Origin: Oopsacas minuta
Lineage: Eukaryota > Animalia > Porifera
Reading direction: 5' to 3'
DNA: 51,319 bases
NCBI GenBank assembly: GCA_024704765.1
Contig: JAKMXF010000057.1
Coordinates: forward strand, 1 to 51,319
Position numbers and translations under genes: made by a program. Positions 13,106 to 25,024 of this stretch are shown here, one piece after another (the first letter of the stretch is position 1; each line of letters opens with the position of its first letter). Below the pieces are notes generated by a model. It saw nothing but the letters and a program-made list of their open reading frames with translations. It did not search any database and was not told where the DNA came from.

Positions 13106-13347
13106 ACCTGCTCCTTTGTGCATATTTACTAAAGAACTTGTGTGTATTGTTTACTAGAGAACTTGTTTGTAATATTTATCATGCTGTACTATATTTTGCA
13201 TGTATTATTTTTTGTATTTAAAGGAAATATCCTGCTATTTGATTGAATTAACTATTACTAGGCATGCAGCGCACTTACAATTTCTGGAAGTATATCAGCT
13301 GATATACTTCGAGGTGTACTGAAAATTGTTTTCAGATCTCCATAATT

Positions 13348-16300
13348 ATGCCGGTTTTTATAACTAGTGTTCTTATATTAGTTGATTTTTGTTTGACTCA
13401 AAACATCAGACTCGTTTTGAAGTATTTTCTTATACTTTTACTATCCATCACATGTCTACAAGCATCAGCTGAATGTGATTTCCCAGATGATTCTATGAAA
13501 GAGGGTTTTTCAATTGGGTTAGTATTAGGAGGCTCCCCTACAATGGTAGATTCCTATCACAGCTGTTCAGTAAGAGACCAGAATGATACATCTAAGTATA
13601 CCTACATTTTCCTAACCTTGGTAATAGAAGATGACGCGAACTACTATGCACGATTGTCTTTGATTTGTAACGTGGGGATATGGATAGTTGATAATACCAC
13701 TGGTACTATTTCTGTACCTAATAACCCCCCTGTATTTCTAAATTCTTCTTATTTGCGTGTAGATTGTTATGAATGTAATCTTAACTTCTCTCCATTCTCT
13801 AGTGATATGTACGGTTGTATGGAATGCCATGATGATTGTCTTAGAGCTGGTGTTAATACCTCATTAGGCTATTGCTACAGACAGTCTGCATCAGAGTGTT
13901 GCTCATATAGTCTCGATGGAATGTGTGTGCCATGTGTCCTTTGAACTGTGTGTATAATATTGAGTCTACTTGTGTTATGTGCTCCGAATAGATCAGGTCC
14001 TGACTGCTCAAACTGTGATTTAATCGGCCAGAATGGAACAACTTGGACAGATTGTAGTGCTTGTATTTGTGCTGTTGATTATTTGGGTACTGTATGCGAG
14101 AGCCAATACCTTCCTTGCTTGGGTACTCCTTGCCAAGATGGGGGATTATGTATTGATGGTATAGGAGATAATGTGTATACATATGACTGTAATAACATGT
14201 GGGAGGGTACCGATTGTACTACTTGTCCTATTGTATGTAAAAACGGTGGATAAGTAAATTCAACTTGTAATGGATGTGATTGTGTAGGGAATTGGTGTGG
14301 TGATGAGTGCGATACTTGTGGGTTTACGAGCTGTTTGAATGGTGGATCACCAAATTCAACTTGTGATGGCTGTAATTGTGTGGAGAGATGGACTGGTATC
14401 GACTGCAGTACTTGTGAATTTTCCAGCTGTTTGAATGCTGGAACGGCTAATTCAACTTGTCATGGCTGTACTTGTATTACCTCATGGGGAGGATTTGATT
14501 GCTCAGTTTGTGGCATAACCTGTGGAAACGAAGGCTTTCACAACACCATTTGTACTGGATGTGATTGTGTAGAGAGTATTGGGAGGATTCTAGTTGTACT
14601 ACCTGTGGGCTGGACTGCAAACATTGTACTAGTCCATATTCAAATTGCACTGGGTGTCAATGTCCTCGTACACTGACAGTTGACTTATGCGATCAGGAAG
14701 CAGACTTATGTTCTTGTGATCCGTGTGGAATTAGTAGCAATTGTACTGACCTTACCCACCCAAATACATACGATTGTGACTGTGATACAGCGTACATATT
14801 TATTGACCAAATATACCCTGTGTGTGTGTTGTTGATGATGCATGCGACCCTAATCCTTGTGACCCTGAATTTTCCATAGATTGTCTTAATGTACCTCCAC
14901 ATGATTATATGTATATTTGTGTACCTGATATCACTGCTAAGAACTGCAGTGAGGTGATTGACAATTGTATACCTGATCCTTGTGTGAATGGACTATGTAT
15001 GGACGGTAACGCTATATACATATGTGAATGTACAAGCTCATTTCAAGGTATGGATTGTGACGTATGCAACTTGACATGTGGTGTAGGAAGCGTATTGAAT
15101 AGTGATACATGCGAGTATGATTTACGAGGATTCCATGTGGAAATACTTCGTGCGACCTGATCACTGAAGTTTGTGACGTAGATCACTGTATTGGTAACAG
15201 ACCTGCTTTCGCTGAAGGAATTGAACCTGGGCCTTGTTTTGATAACGATGAATGTCTTGGGTTTCCATGTCACGTGGATACAATCTGTACCAATGCATAT
15301 GGCAGCTATACTTGTGTGTGTAAACAAGGTTTCATGGGTGATGGCTTTGCCTGTACAGACATAAATGAGTGTAGTTTCTATTACCCAGCATGTGGACAGT
15401 ATCCAGCTGTTTGTATGAATATTGTAGGTGGGTTTAATTGTGTTTGTCCTACTGGATATTCCTCGAACAATCTCACACAACCTTCTTACTACTATACTGA
15501 GGATTGTAAGGAGAAAATGTGTGTGGATATCAATGAGTGTGCTACACTTGATTTATGCGGATCGACCCAAAAGTGTGAAAACATTCTAGGTGGATTTCTG
15601 CGAATGTTTACAGGGGTTCTTTCCAACTGGATCAGATTGTACACCGTCTATAGATGGGCTGAAATGTCCTAGTATTCTTGATAGTACTGGGACTGTATAT
15701 CCAGATACACCCATTGGTATAACCATTCGTAAGCAATGCCCAAATACTTTGTATGAGGTAATTTCAGGTACTTGTATTCCACCATATGAATGCACAGCTG
15801 ATCAGCCAGTATGGGAATACAGCAATGTAGATGAGTGTGTTAGCCTAAACTTATTTGAAGAAATGAACCAATTGCGGAGGCTGAGTATTAGGGAATTGAC
15901 GGATGAAAATATCTTAGTGATGCTATTAATGAAGTTTGGAGGTTAGCTGATTATTCATTTCTATAGGGGAAAGATTTGGAAATTGCTACAATATTTATTC
16001 ATGAAGTGGAACTTGTTATTCGTGATTGGTCCACTTCTATGTACAAAATATGAATGACGTCACTGCAGATGGTGTGGTTATCTTCGAAGATTTTCGTCGA
16101 TTATTTTCCTCGCATTTCGGTGTTTTGCCTTTACCAGTTTTCTATGAAACCTTCAATTCCACTAACGTATGCCATCTCTCTATCAGAGTTGAGTTATCAG
16201 ACATACAACACTCTCCTTACACACAATTCGATACAGTTAAAGTATATTTGGGATTATTCAGTATGGCTGATCTATCTGATTATACTAATTGGGAATTGTG

Positions 16301-17168
16301 TATAGGTTCATTCGTATCTCAAACTTATACTGGTGGAATCAGCTTAATTGTATTTGAAGCGAGTCCTGAATCAAATCCATCCCTCTATACCGTCAGTACT
16401 GATCTATTTCTCCCGATTTCTATCACTACACAAGTATTTATCTACTTACATTCCTCACGGTCTCTTCCTCCTATTTCCAGCTTATTTTCTATACAAGATC
16501 ATAGTAGTTATTCAGAACCTATATTTACTGATGGTATTACTTTATTGACACCAGATGGTGATCTATTGTCTCTTCCATCTAAGCTACACTGTTTACACAC
16601 TATATCTGATGAGTGTAGTAGTGATCCTACTGTATTACCTATAGGAAGGATACTTCTAATTGTAGGGACACCTTCATTAGCCTTCATTATCATTATTCTT
16701 ATTATCGTATTTACGATATTATTTATCGTTTGTTTGGTTTATAAGAAGAAGAATGTGGCTAAAGTGAAGATACAAAATATAGAGGATGCGGAGAAAGAGA
16801 CCTTCCGTGAGTCGGTTGATTCTGAACATCAATTGTACCGTGGTTTGACCTACTACCCTGATCCGTCAGAAGCACACACTCTCTCTCGTTCACCTTCTCC
16901 TTTTAAGAACACTACATACGAGAATCCTATTGGTATATCCGGGCATTTCCTGTCTGATCCTGATGATACTGCTTCTGGTGAGTATATAGGCGGTAGTCCG
17001 AATATATCTCATAAAGTTAGCTCTACTTCTGGAGTATCCTCTGATTCAGGAATCTCTACTTGGTACACCCAAAAAGGACTAATAAATAGCAAAATACCAG
17101 GCTTGCCGTCGATGAGAAAAATCCCATCCATATCTATATCCATATCCATGGATATTTCAAAGACCTAG
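13348..17168 (+). pseudogene. Single-pass type I membrane receptor: signal peptide, furin-like Cys unit, EGF and Ca-binding EGF repeats, HRM-like and GAIN-like segment, TM helix, Ser/Tyr-rich tail; multiple frameshifts
   Basis: Hydrophobic N-terminus LLLSITCLQASA; CHDDC...CY..SASECC...CV..CP unit; EGF motifs (CLGTPCQDGGLCIDG, DINECS, DINECATLDLC); HRM-like CPSILDSTGTVYPDTPIG...CP...C...WEYSNVDECVS; TM LLIVGTPSLAFIIIILIIVFTILFIVCLVY followed by KKK. There are several frameshifts and in-frame stops. The last ~23 codons derive from the hAT at 17098. Confidence 0.8.
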
Positions 17169-17261
17169 AACATCTTGTCTATAACGGCCATTCAAGCCTA
17201 GTAGTGACTGTTATGTACAGGTAACCGCTATGTAGATGTAGATTACTAATGAAAATCTATT

Positions 17262-17794
17262 CAGGGTTTCTTCCAGCTTTTATATGTAGCGCGCCTAAAT
17301 GAGTTCTCGATTTTAATTACGCGCCTAGACTATTTGAATTTTCGAAGCATCAAACTTAAATTTTAAGCAGACCTTACATCCACTACATATTATACGGTTA
17401 ATACTACATTCCAGAGGTGTCATCTAGAATCTTTCACTTTAAATAAGTAACTATTGACCTAACATTGTATATTCTTATTTATTCATTGTCTCTCTGACCT
17501 TTATGATTCTTACGTAACCCATTAAATTACTCATCGGAATTAGGCGTATACAGCACGCCTAGCATAGGAGCGTGACACGCGTCGAACTCTCAAAATTTTC
17601 TTGCGCCTAACTATACAAATTTTTTGTAAATACACGCCTGTAGGCGCGCGTGGCGCTCCTGGATGGAAGCCTGGACGTAACCCATTGAATTATTTGTCGA
17701 TATTAACCTAGGCGCGTCCATGCGCCTAGCTGTTAAAATTTTCACGCGCTTAACTATAATATCTTTTTAAAATACGCGCCTGGATGAAACCCTG
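17262..17794. mobile_element. hAT-type MITE (533 bp) nested in hAT element
   Basis: TIRs are CAGGGTTTC(T/A)TCCAG with a perfect 8-bp TSD AATCTATT (17254-17261, 17795-17802). Internal (A)CGCGCCT motifs repeat. Confidence 0.92.
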
Positions 17795-17828
17795 AATCTA
17801 TTCATATACTAAACGTTATACTGAAGCT

Positions 17829-18248
17829 CTAGATATTATGTAAACTGTCATTCATAAACTCTTCGATATCACTATCGTCTTCAAATGACAGGGACATGGG
17901 CTCATTGTTGATTATCATCGCAACTTCCTTAGGCTCGATTAAAATTCCCAGCTTCTTGATTATTGTGGTATACATTTTCTGGTATTTGATGTATACTAAT
18001 TTCTTCAAGACCGCCGGTGACATTCTCTTTCTCATTTTTGAAAGTAGGTTGCCGGCCTGGCTGAACAACCTCTCCACGGCTGCAGAAGATATTGGTGGCG
18101 AGAAAATTATCGTTGCACAGGTGCGCAGACGTGTTAAGACACTGGACCGCCAAAACTGAGTTGGATCCTTCATTGGTACCCGAGTGTCTCTGAATTCTTG
18201 GAGCTCTATACCAAAAGTAGTAGCCTTTGGCCTTTTGGCTAGCAACAC
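17829..18248 (-). pseudogene. hAT transposase C-terminal dimerisation-domain remnant
   Basis: DPTQFW...IFSPPISSAAVERLFSQAGNLLSKMRKRMSPAVLKKLVYIK matches the hAT dimerisation motif (SSA..ERLFS.AG). Confidence 0.85.
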
Positions 18249-18896
18249 CAGAATTCACGAGTGAAAGGGATGAATAGCAGTAGCAATAATTGCATAGTAA
18301 TTGGTTACCTTTCACCAACATAGATCTTGAAAGAATTCAAAACTTTACATGAAATCTGGCACTATTCGTGACACAACAATTGCTGACATTACAATAATTG
18401 GATACCTACACGACTTCACCGATCTTATTGATAAAAACTAATTTTCCATCATAATCGATTCTCAACTGGGAAATCAAATAATTTGATAATTTGATATTCA
18501 TACGGTATGAAATGATAGTCGTGTGGTGCTGGTTAGTTACATGTAATACACCAGCTTAGCTGAAGGGGCTAATTGATGGGGCGCTAGCACCACCTAACCC
18601 CATGCTAGAGCCGCACTGAACAACACTAGCAAGTGTACTTAGTAATATTGTTAATTTAATTATAACAGCATCCCTATTATTGAATATCCATGGATATGAC
18701 AAATCCATCCATGGATATATCCATATCCACGGCAAGCCTGCAAAATACATTTGTTTACTGTAGGATTTACTTTACGAATCTTCTTACTTGTTACTACTTT
18801 GATAATTATTTATTTATTTCCCTCTTTCTCTATCGTATTCTATTTACTGAATATTTACAAAATTGGCTATTTTACTTGTAGAACTTTCAATTAGAA

Positions 18897-21800
18897 ATGT
18901 TAAGTAGCCATCTTCTACGTCACATAACAACGTCATCAACATACTCAGATGAATTGTTACATAAAGAATTATTGGATTCTGCAGCGAAAGGGAAATTTCC
19001 ATTATTTAAGTCTCAACTAACAACTTTACTAAAGAATACACATCCAAAGGATATATTCTAGACTAAGGTCAGTAAGGGGTCTTCGTTAATTCTAGCTGCT
19101 CAGAAAGGTCAAAATATGATAGTAAGCTATATCCTGAAGAATTTTCTAGAGGTTTAGGATCTTGAATACACAATGACAGTTCAATCTGATTTCACAGGAT
19201 ATGAGTTTGGAGGGGCAACAGCCTTATGGTGGCTGCATTTGGTATAAACTCCAAATATTTGTTATTTACCTTTGTTTACTTCTGTTTTCTTATGGGTGGT
19301 AATGTCAATTTTGTAAGAGAGCTTCTAGAAGCCGGGCGAATATTAACCACTCAAACGCAACGAATTCTACTCCGCTTAGAGCCGCGTCTTATCATAATAG
19401 AGAGGAAGTTATAATGTGTTTGTTGAATCAGGGAACTGATATTTGTATAGCTAATCAAGAGGGACAGGCTCCTTTTATGGTAGCTGTATTGAGAGACAAT
19501 GAAGATGCTCTTAGATTACTCGGTAATTAATATGTAGAAACCGTCAAAGTAACATAAATTACACCTGTCATATCGAAGAAATTATCACGATCGCTTGGGT
19601 TTCGAATATTGGGAGTTGACTGTATTATACTTTAATATTTGTTACCATTTATTTGGATACAGTTACCAATCGCAAGGCCGTTCTCAGTCAGACAACAGCT
19701 GCAGGAACAGACTTACTCCACATAGCAATAGGACGAAAATCCCATGGGATATTCAATCTATTAATCCCGCTCGGATCTAATATAATCTTTCCATGTAGAG
19801 CCCAATCTCCATCTCCTCCCATATCTTACCACATAGTGCCAGAGGTGTATCAATCCCCCTGTCATGTATTTGTAGCTGCCAAATGTCACAATGAGTATGC
19901 AATGGATTATCTCAGTAAACGGCCTGAATCATGCCAACTAGACATAAGAACCAACAGTAACTCGAAATTTTGGCACCAGGGATGCACTATGAGCTGAAAG
20001 CATTTATAGACATAGTTTCTTTTTTGCAGGATAATGCATTTTTGGCTGAATAAATGTAATACATTATTGTAGGACATCAAATTGTACACAAATAAATGGT
20101 ATAAACTTTTAGGAATGTGTAAACATATGACTCTAGTAAGCATTTATTTAGTAAAATATATCATTCATTGACCCCTTGTAGAACGTGTAATATTGCATGT
20201 ATCAACTCATAGTGCATAATTGAAGTGATCTATAGATCCTTTTGTATAATTTGTCAAAATTTATCATTCAAAAGTTGGCTCGTTGTTGAGTTTAGTTAGA
20301 GACCATGGATGACAATTATTAATGAATATTCAATTATAACTCGAGAATCATGAAAACTTGTCGTAAAATCAGAATAGTTAATTTATACTATTTACCCGAC
20401 TTCCCATACCCTTGCAATACATTTTGATATGATATCTCTCACCAATGTGACGATGCCCATACATGGTCATTTTCAATATTCCACACTACTCTTCTATTAT
20501 TTCATATCAAAATGTATTACAAGGGTATAGGAAGTCGGGTATAGAGTATACATTGGATAGTATGATTTTACGATTATTTTATTGTTTCTCGAGTTATTAT
20601 TGAATATTCATTAAAAATTGTCATCCATGGTCTCTACTTTAACTCAAAAACTAGCCAACTTTTGAATGACAAATTTTTGAGATTTTGTATTAAAGTATCT
20701 ATAGATCATTTGATTGATTCACTTTGAGTTGATAATTGCAATATTTAACGTTCTACGTGGCATCGAAGAATGACATATTTTGCTAAATAAATGCTTACTA
20801 GAGACAAAATTTGGCAAATTCTTGAAAATTTTCAATATTTATTTGTGTAAAATTTGATGTTCTCATATCTACAAACATTTATTCAGGCAAAAATGCACCT
20901 TTTCTACAATAGAGAAACCATGTATATAAATGCTTTCAGCCAATACTTCAACCCTATTACTTTTACTGTTAGGCCTTATATTTAGTAGGCTATGCCTGAA
21001 TGTACTCCTGAATGTGAAGTTGATATGTGGTTAGTCAGAGAGATAGAGAGAGTCTGGGATTAACCTTCTTTTAAAGTAACTGAAGTTTGGAGAATAGTGC
21101 TTGAATTGAGAGAAATACACAATTTAGGTTATCCCAGGAAACCAGCCATAGATTTATACGAAGGTGTACAGGAAGTTAGAGCATTGACGGATATTTATAA
21201 TGTTTCACAGAAAACTACCTCATTCAGTCTGTGCTAATATGGGAGAGAGTATTCGGGCCATTATACTACGCATGTTGTGATCTTAAGATTCAATTAACCA
21301 ACCATTTGTAAAGGTGTTGTAAGCTATTGTATCAGCTATTACAAGCTGTCATAAAGAGAAGTTGTTTGCCAACACAAGCATTTGTCAATGAATTTGAAGT
21401 GCTCTTGCATCAAGTAAATACACTATTGCCAGCGTTCAATACTGATGTTATGACAATGGAAAGGTTTGCTGCATATTTCAAGTGTATTTACACAATGTAT
21501 CCTGTTTTGCTGAAAGGCACAGAAGCTCATATGAACGTTTCATATCATAAGTGTTTGAAGCGGGTATTAGCTTTTCTTGATATTTGGTTGGAGAAGTTTC
21601 CATCTTTCACTACTTTCGAGTCTGTCGTTTATACAAATCCTGTGATGTTAGAAGCACTGCAGCTATTATTTCATCCATTATCAAGAGATGAACCTATTTT
21701 CCATTCTATTATGAAATCAAAGGATTTTCTTAAACATAAGAGTGTACTGAACGCATTCATTGTTCCATCTACCCCAGATATGTTTAGAGGTATCAGATTA

Positions 21801-22134
21801 GGATGGTTTAACTATGTTGCATTTCGCGTGTATGTTAGAAACAGTTCCTGATTCTGTTTTCCACGCGTTAATACAAGCTGGGTCACATTTATACTCTGTT
21901 GCTTCCTCAAATCAAACGCCAATAGAATGTTGTATCTGCAAGCTTTCCCCACAGTATCTAGCACTATTATCGTATTACCCTTTAAAACTAGCTTGTCTGT
22001 CCGCACGGGTTGTCGTACAGTACCAACTGTCTACAGACAAACTACCTGGGTTTTATGGAACCTTCATAGATCTACATCGCACAGCATCTTCAAAAGGTGA
22101 CGAATACATCTCTCTTTCTCTCTCCTCCAGTTAA
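18897..22134 (+). pseudogene. Fem-1-like gene, copy C (full-length pseudogene)
   Basis: Colinear with 10900-13105. It has a TAG in exon 1, the shared GCCGGGCG deletion, the foldback insertion, a small deletion near 21310 and further frameshifts. Confidence 0.92.
19930..20994. mobile_element. Non-autonomous foldback DNA element, P/Galileo-like (copy 2)
   Basis: Ends are CATGCCAACTAG...TAGTAGGCTATG with a perfect 7-bp TSD CCTGAAT (19923-19929, 20995-21001). Arms run ~19930-20432 and ~20502-20994 around a ~70-bp spacer. Confidence 0.9.
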
Positions 22135-22359
22135 GCTTGCTGCTTTTGTGTATATTTCTTAGTAACTTTTGTGTAATATTTCTCAATGCTCTATTATATT
22201 TTGTATTTATAATTTTTGTATTCAAAGAATCTATTTTGCTTTATGATTGTGCAATTGTGTCGACTATTTATAGACATGCAGCGAACTTACAATCTCTGGA
22301 AGTATATCAGCTGATATACTTCTAGGTGTACTAAAAATTGTTTTCGGATCACCATAATT

Positions 22360-22704
22360 ATGCAGGTTTTTATAACCAGTGTTCTTATGTTAGTTGATTT
22401 TATTGGAATCTAAACATGGGACTCGCTTTGAAGTATTTTCTTATACTTGTACTACCCATCGCATGTCGAGAAGTGTCAGCTGAATGTGTGATTTTCCAGA
22501 TGATTCTACGAAAGAGGGTTTTTCAATTGGGTTAGTATTAGGAGACCCTCTACACTGGTAGACTCCTATCATAGCTGTTCGGTAAGAGACCAGAATGATA
22601 CATCTAACTATACCTACATTCTCCTAACCTTGGTAATAGAGGATGACGCGGAGTACTACGTGCGATTGTGTTTGATTCGTAACGCGGGGGCATGGATAGC
22701 TGAT
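22360..22704 (+). pseudogene. 5' fragment of EGF receptor gene
   Basis: Matches ~13348-13695 with frameshifts and ends at an inversion junction. Confidence 0.88.
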
Positions 22705-23350
22705 ACAACTGGAATCCTCCCAATACTCTACACAATCACATCTAGTACAAATGGTGTTGTGAAAGCATTCGTTTTCACAGGTTATGCCACAAACTGAGCA
22801 ATCAAATCCTCCCCTTGAGTTTATACAATTGCAGCCATTACAAGTTGAATTTAGTAATCCACCATTTTTGATACAATAGGACAGGTAGTACAATCGGTAC
22901 CCTCCCACATGTTATTACACTCACACCTACACACATTATCTCCTATACCGTCAATATATAATTCCTCGTTTTGACCAGGAGTACCCAAGCAAGGAAGGTA
23001 TTGGCTCTCGCATACAGTATCGAAATACTCAACAGCACAATTCCTATCACTACAATCTGTTTCAGCTGTTCCATTCTTGCAGATTAAATCCCAGTTTGAG
23101 CAGTCAGGACCTGATCTATTCGGAGCACAAACACAAGTAGACTCAATATTATACACATAGTTCTAAGGACACATGACTACACACATTCCATCGAGACTAT
23201 AAGAGGAACACTCTGATGCAGACTGTCCGTAGCAATAGCCTAATGAGGTATTAACACCAGCTCTAAGACAATCATCATGGCATTCCATACAACCGTACAG
23301 ATCACTAGAGACTGGAGAGAAGTTAAGATTACATTCATAGCAATCTACAG
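22705..23350 (-). pseudogene. Inverted EGF receptor fragment
   Basis: Reverse complement of 6611-7210 plus ~90 bp extra (GITCENECFHNTICTRCDCVEYWEDSSC). It has the same two-module deletion. Confidence 0.9.
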
Positions 23351-23711
23351 GTTAACGCGTGGATAACAGAATCCGTAACTGTTTCTTACATACACGCGAA
23401 ATATAACGCGGTTAACCCGGCCATATCTGATACCACTAACATATTTGGGGTAGATACTCCAATGAATGCGTTCAGTACATTTTCCCGTTTAAGAAAATCC
23501 TTTGATTTCATAATGGAATGGAAATTGGCTTCATCTCTTGTGACTGGATGATAGAATAGCTGGAGTCAGGGGCGGCGCCAGGACAAATTTGGGGGCTCAA
23601 GCCCCCCCTAGAGCCCCTCCGTGATTTCTGGAGACATAAATTTCGAAATTTTTGAGCTAACTTGCCTCGTCTTTGTTTTATTTTTTCCGAAATTTGTTTG
23701 TTTTACAAGTA

Positions 23712-25024
23712 CAGGGTGGCTCCAAAGTTCTGATACAAAATCATGATTAATATACAACCATTATCAGGAAGTATTCTCAATGGTTTGCTCTCCCATGACA
23801 TACCTTATACGCTTCCTAACAAATATTATTTCAATTTAGTGTATTCTATTTCGAAAAAAATTGTGATTGACCATGGAATCTGAGAGGTCAGCAATTATTG
23901 AGTTACATATGGCGGGGAAAAGTCCATCAGAAATTTTGAAACTGCTGAATATTGCAAAAAGGACGTAGGGCATTTATCTACAGGACGATAAATCGATATA
24001 AGGAAACTGGGGACACTGTAGACAAGCCGAGATCTGGTCGTCCATGCTCTGTAACGACCTCAGCTCTCAAGAAAGTGGTGCGAGAACGGATTCGGCGGAA
24101 CCCACACCGTTCGATGAGGAAAATGGCCTTGGAGCTCAATATATCTCGCCGAGCAATACAAAAGGTTGTCAAAAGGGACCTAGGAATGCGCTCTTTTAAA
24201 CGCAAAAAGGTACAATTCCTATCTGGGTCGGTGAAAGAAAAGAGAGTGTCCCGGAGCAAGAGCCTACTTGCTCTACACGCTATTGGAGTTCTCGAAAATA
24301 CCATTTTCTCAGATGAGAAAATTTTCACCATTGAAGAGGCTACAAATAGCCAAAACAACAGAGTCATCTCGACCTCAGTTTCAGCGATCCCTGATAAGTT
24401 CAGATATATCAGTCGGATGAAGAAACCACTGTCGGTGATGGTTTGGGCTGGGGTCTCTGCTGTTGGTCGGACACCACTGATTTTCATCCCCCCAGGAGTG
24501 AAAATCAATGCCAAAACATACCAAGAGCTTGTATTAGAGCCTGTGGTAAAAGGTCTGAGCCAGACCATGTTTTCTGGACAGCAATTTGTCTTCCAACAAG
24601 ATGGTGCTCCCACCCATACGGCCAATACGACCCAAAATTGGCTGAAGCACAATATTCCCAATTTTATACATAAGGATGAATGGCCACCATACAGTCCCGA
24701 TTTAAATCCCATGGACTATTCTGTATGGTATATCTTGGAAAACAAGGCTTGTTCTGTGTCACACAACACAGTTAGCTCTCTAAAGATTTCCTTGTGTCGA
24801 GAATGGGAGAAGATGCCCCAAGAAACTCTGCGTGCCGCAGTAGAAGGATTCCCGAACAGACTCAGGGCTGTCATTTCCAAAAAGGGTGGTTATATTGAAT
24901 AAATGACTAGGCAATCTCTTCCTAATAGTATGTATTAATTATATAGAGAGTATAAATAATGTAGGTCATGCTGAATAAATATTATAGACAAAATGGCTTG
25001 TATCAGAACTTTGGAGCCACCCTG
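23712..25024 (+). mobile_element. Tc1/mariner superfamily DD37D (maT-type) transposon, 1313 bp, copy 1
   Basis: 27-bp TIRs CAGGGTGGCTCCAAAGTTCTGATACAA and a TA TSD. The empty site TTTTACAAGTACATG is visible (reverse complement) in the MITE copy at ~6268-6282. Confidence 0.96.
23873..24902 (+). CDS. DD37D transposase; N-terminal MESERSAIIELHMAGKSPSEILKLLN is one base out of frame with the 316-aa body
   Basis: Catalytic motifs are FSDEK, QQDGAP and SPDLNPMDY, with 37 residues between the 2nd and 3rd Asp. ATG 23873 and ORF 23952 differ by +1 frame. Confidence 0.9.

Larger units (their letters stand above)
17098..18740 (-). mobile_element. Internally deleted hAT element with nested MITE
   Basis: TIRs are CAGGCTTGCCGT(C/G)GAT with a perfect 8-bp TSD CAAAATAC (17090-17097, 18741-18748). 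The empty site is at 31380-31387. Subterminal ATCCAT/GGATAT repeats are present. Confidence 0.92.

Noticed and set aside
13348-17168. Naming the receptor Notch, fibrillin or a specific adhesion GPCR
   Set aside because: It has no LNR or intracellular ankyrin repeats, no TB domains and no 7TM. Only a domain-level description is supported.
18553-18627. GC-rich ~75-bp patch CAGCTTAGCT...GCCGCACTG inside the hAT element as a further nested MITE
   Set aside because: TIR and TSD matches are too weak to support it.
23978-24712. 244-aa antisense ORF (also 40152-40886) and 76-aa overlapping ORFs
   Set aside because: These are shadow frames of the DD37D transposase. They appear twice only because the two elements are nearly identical, and they have no recognisable motifs.
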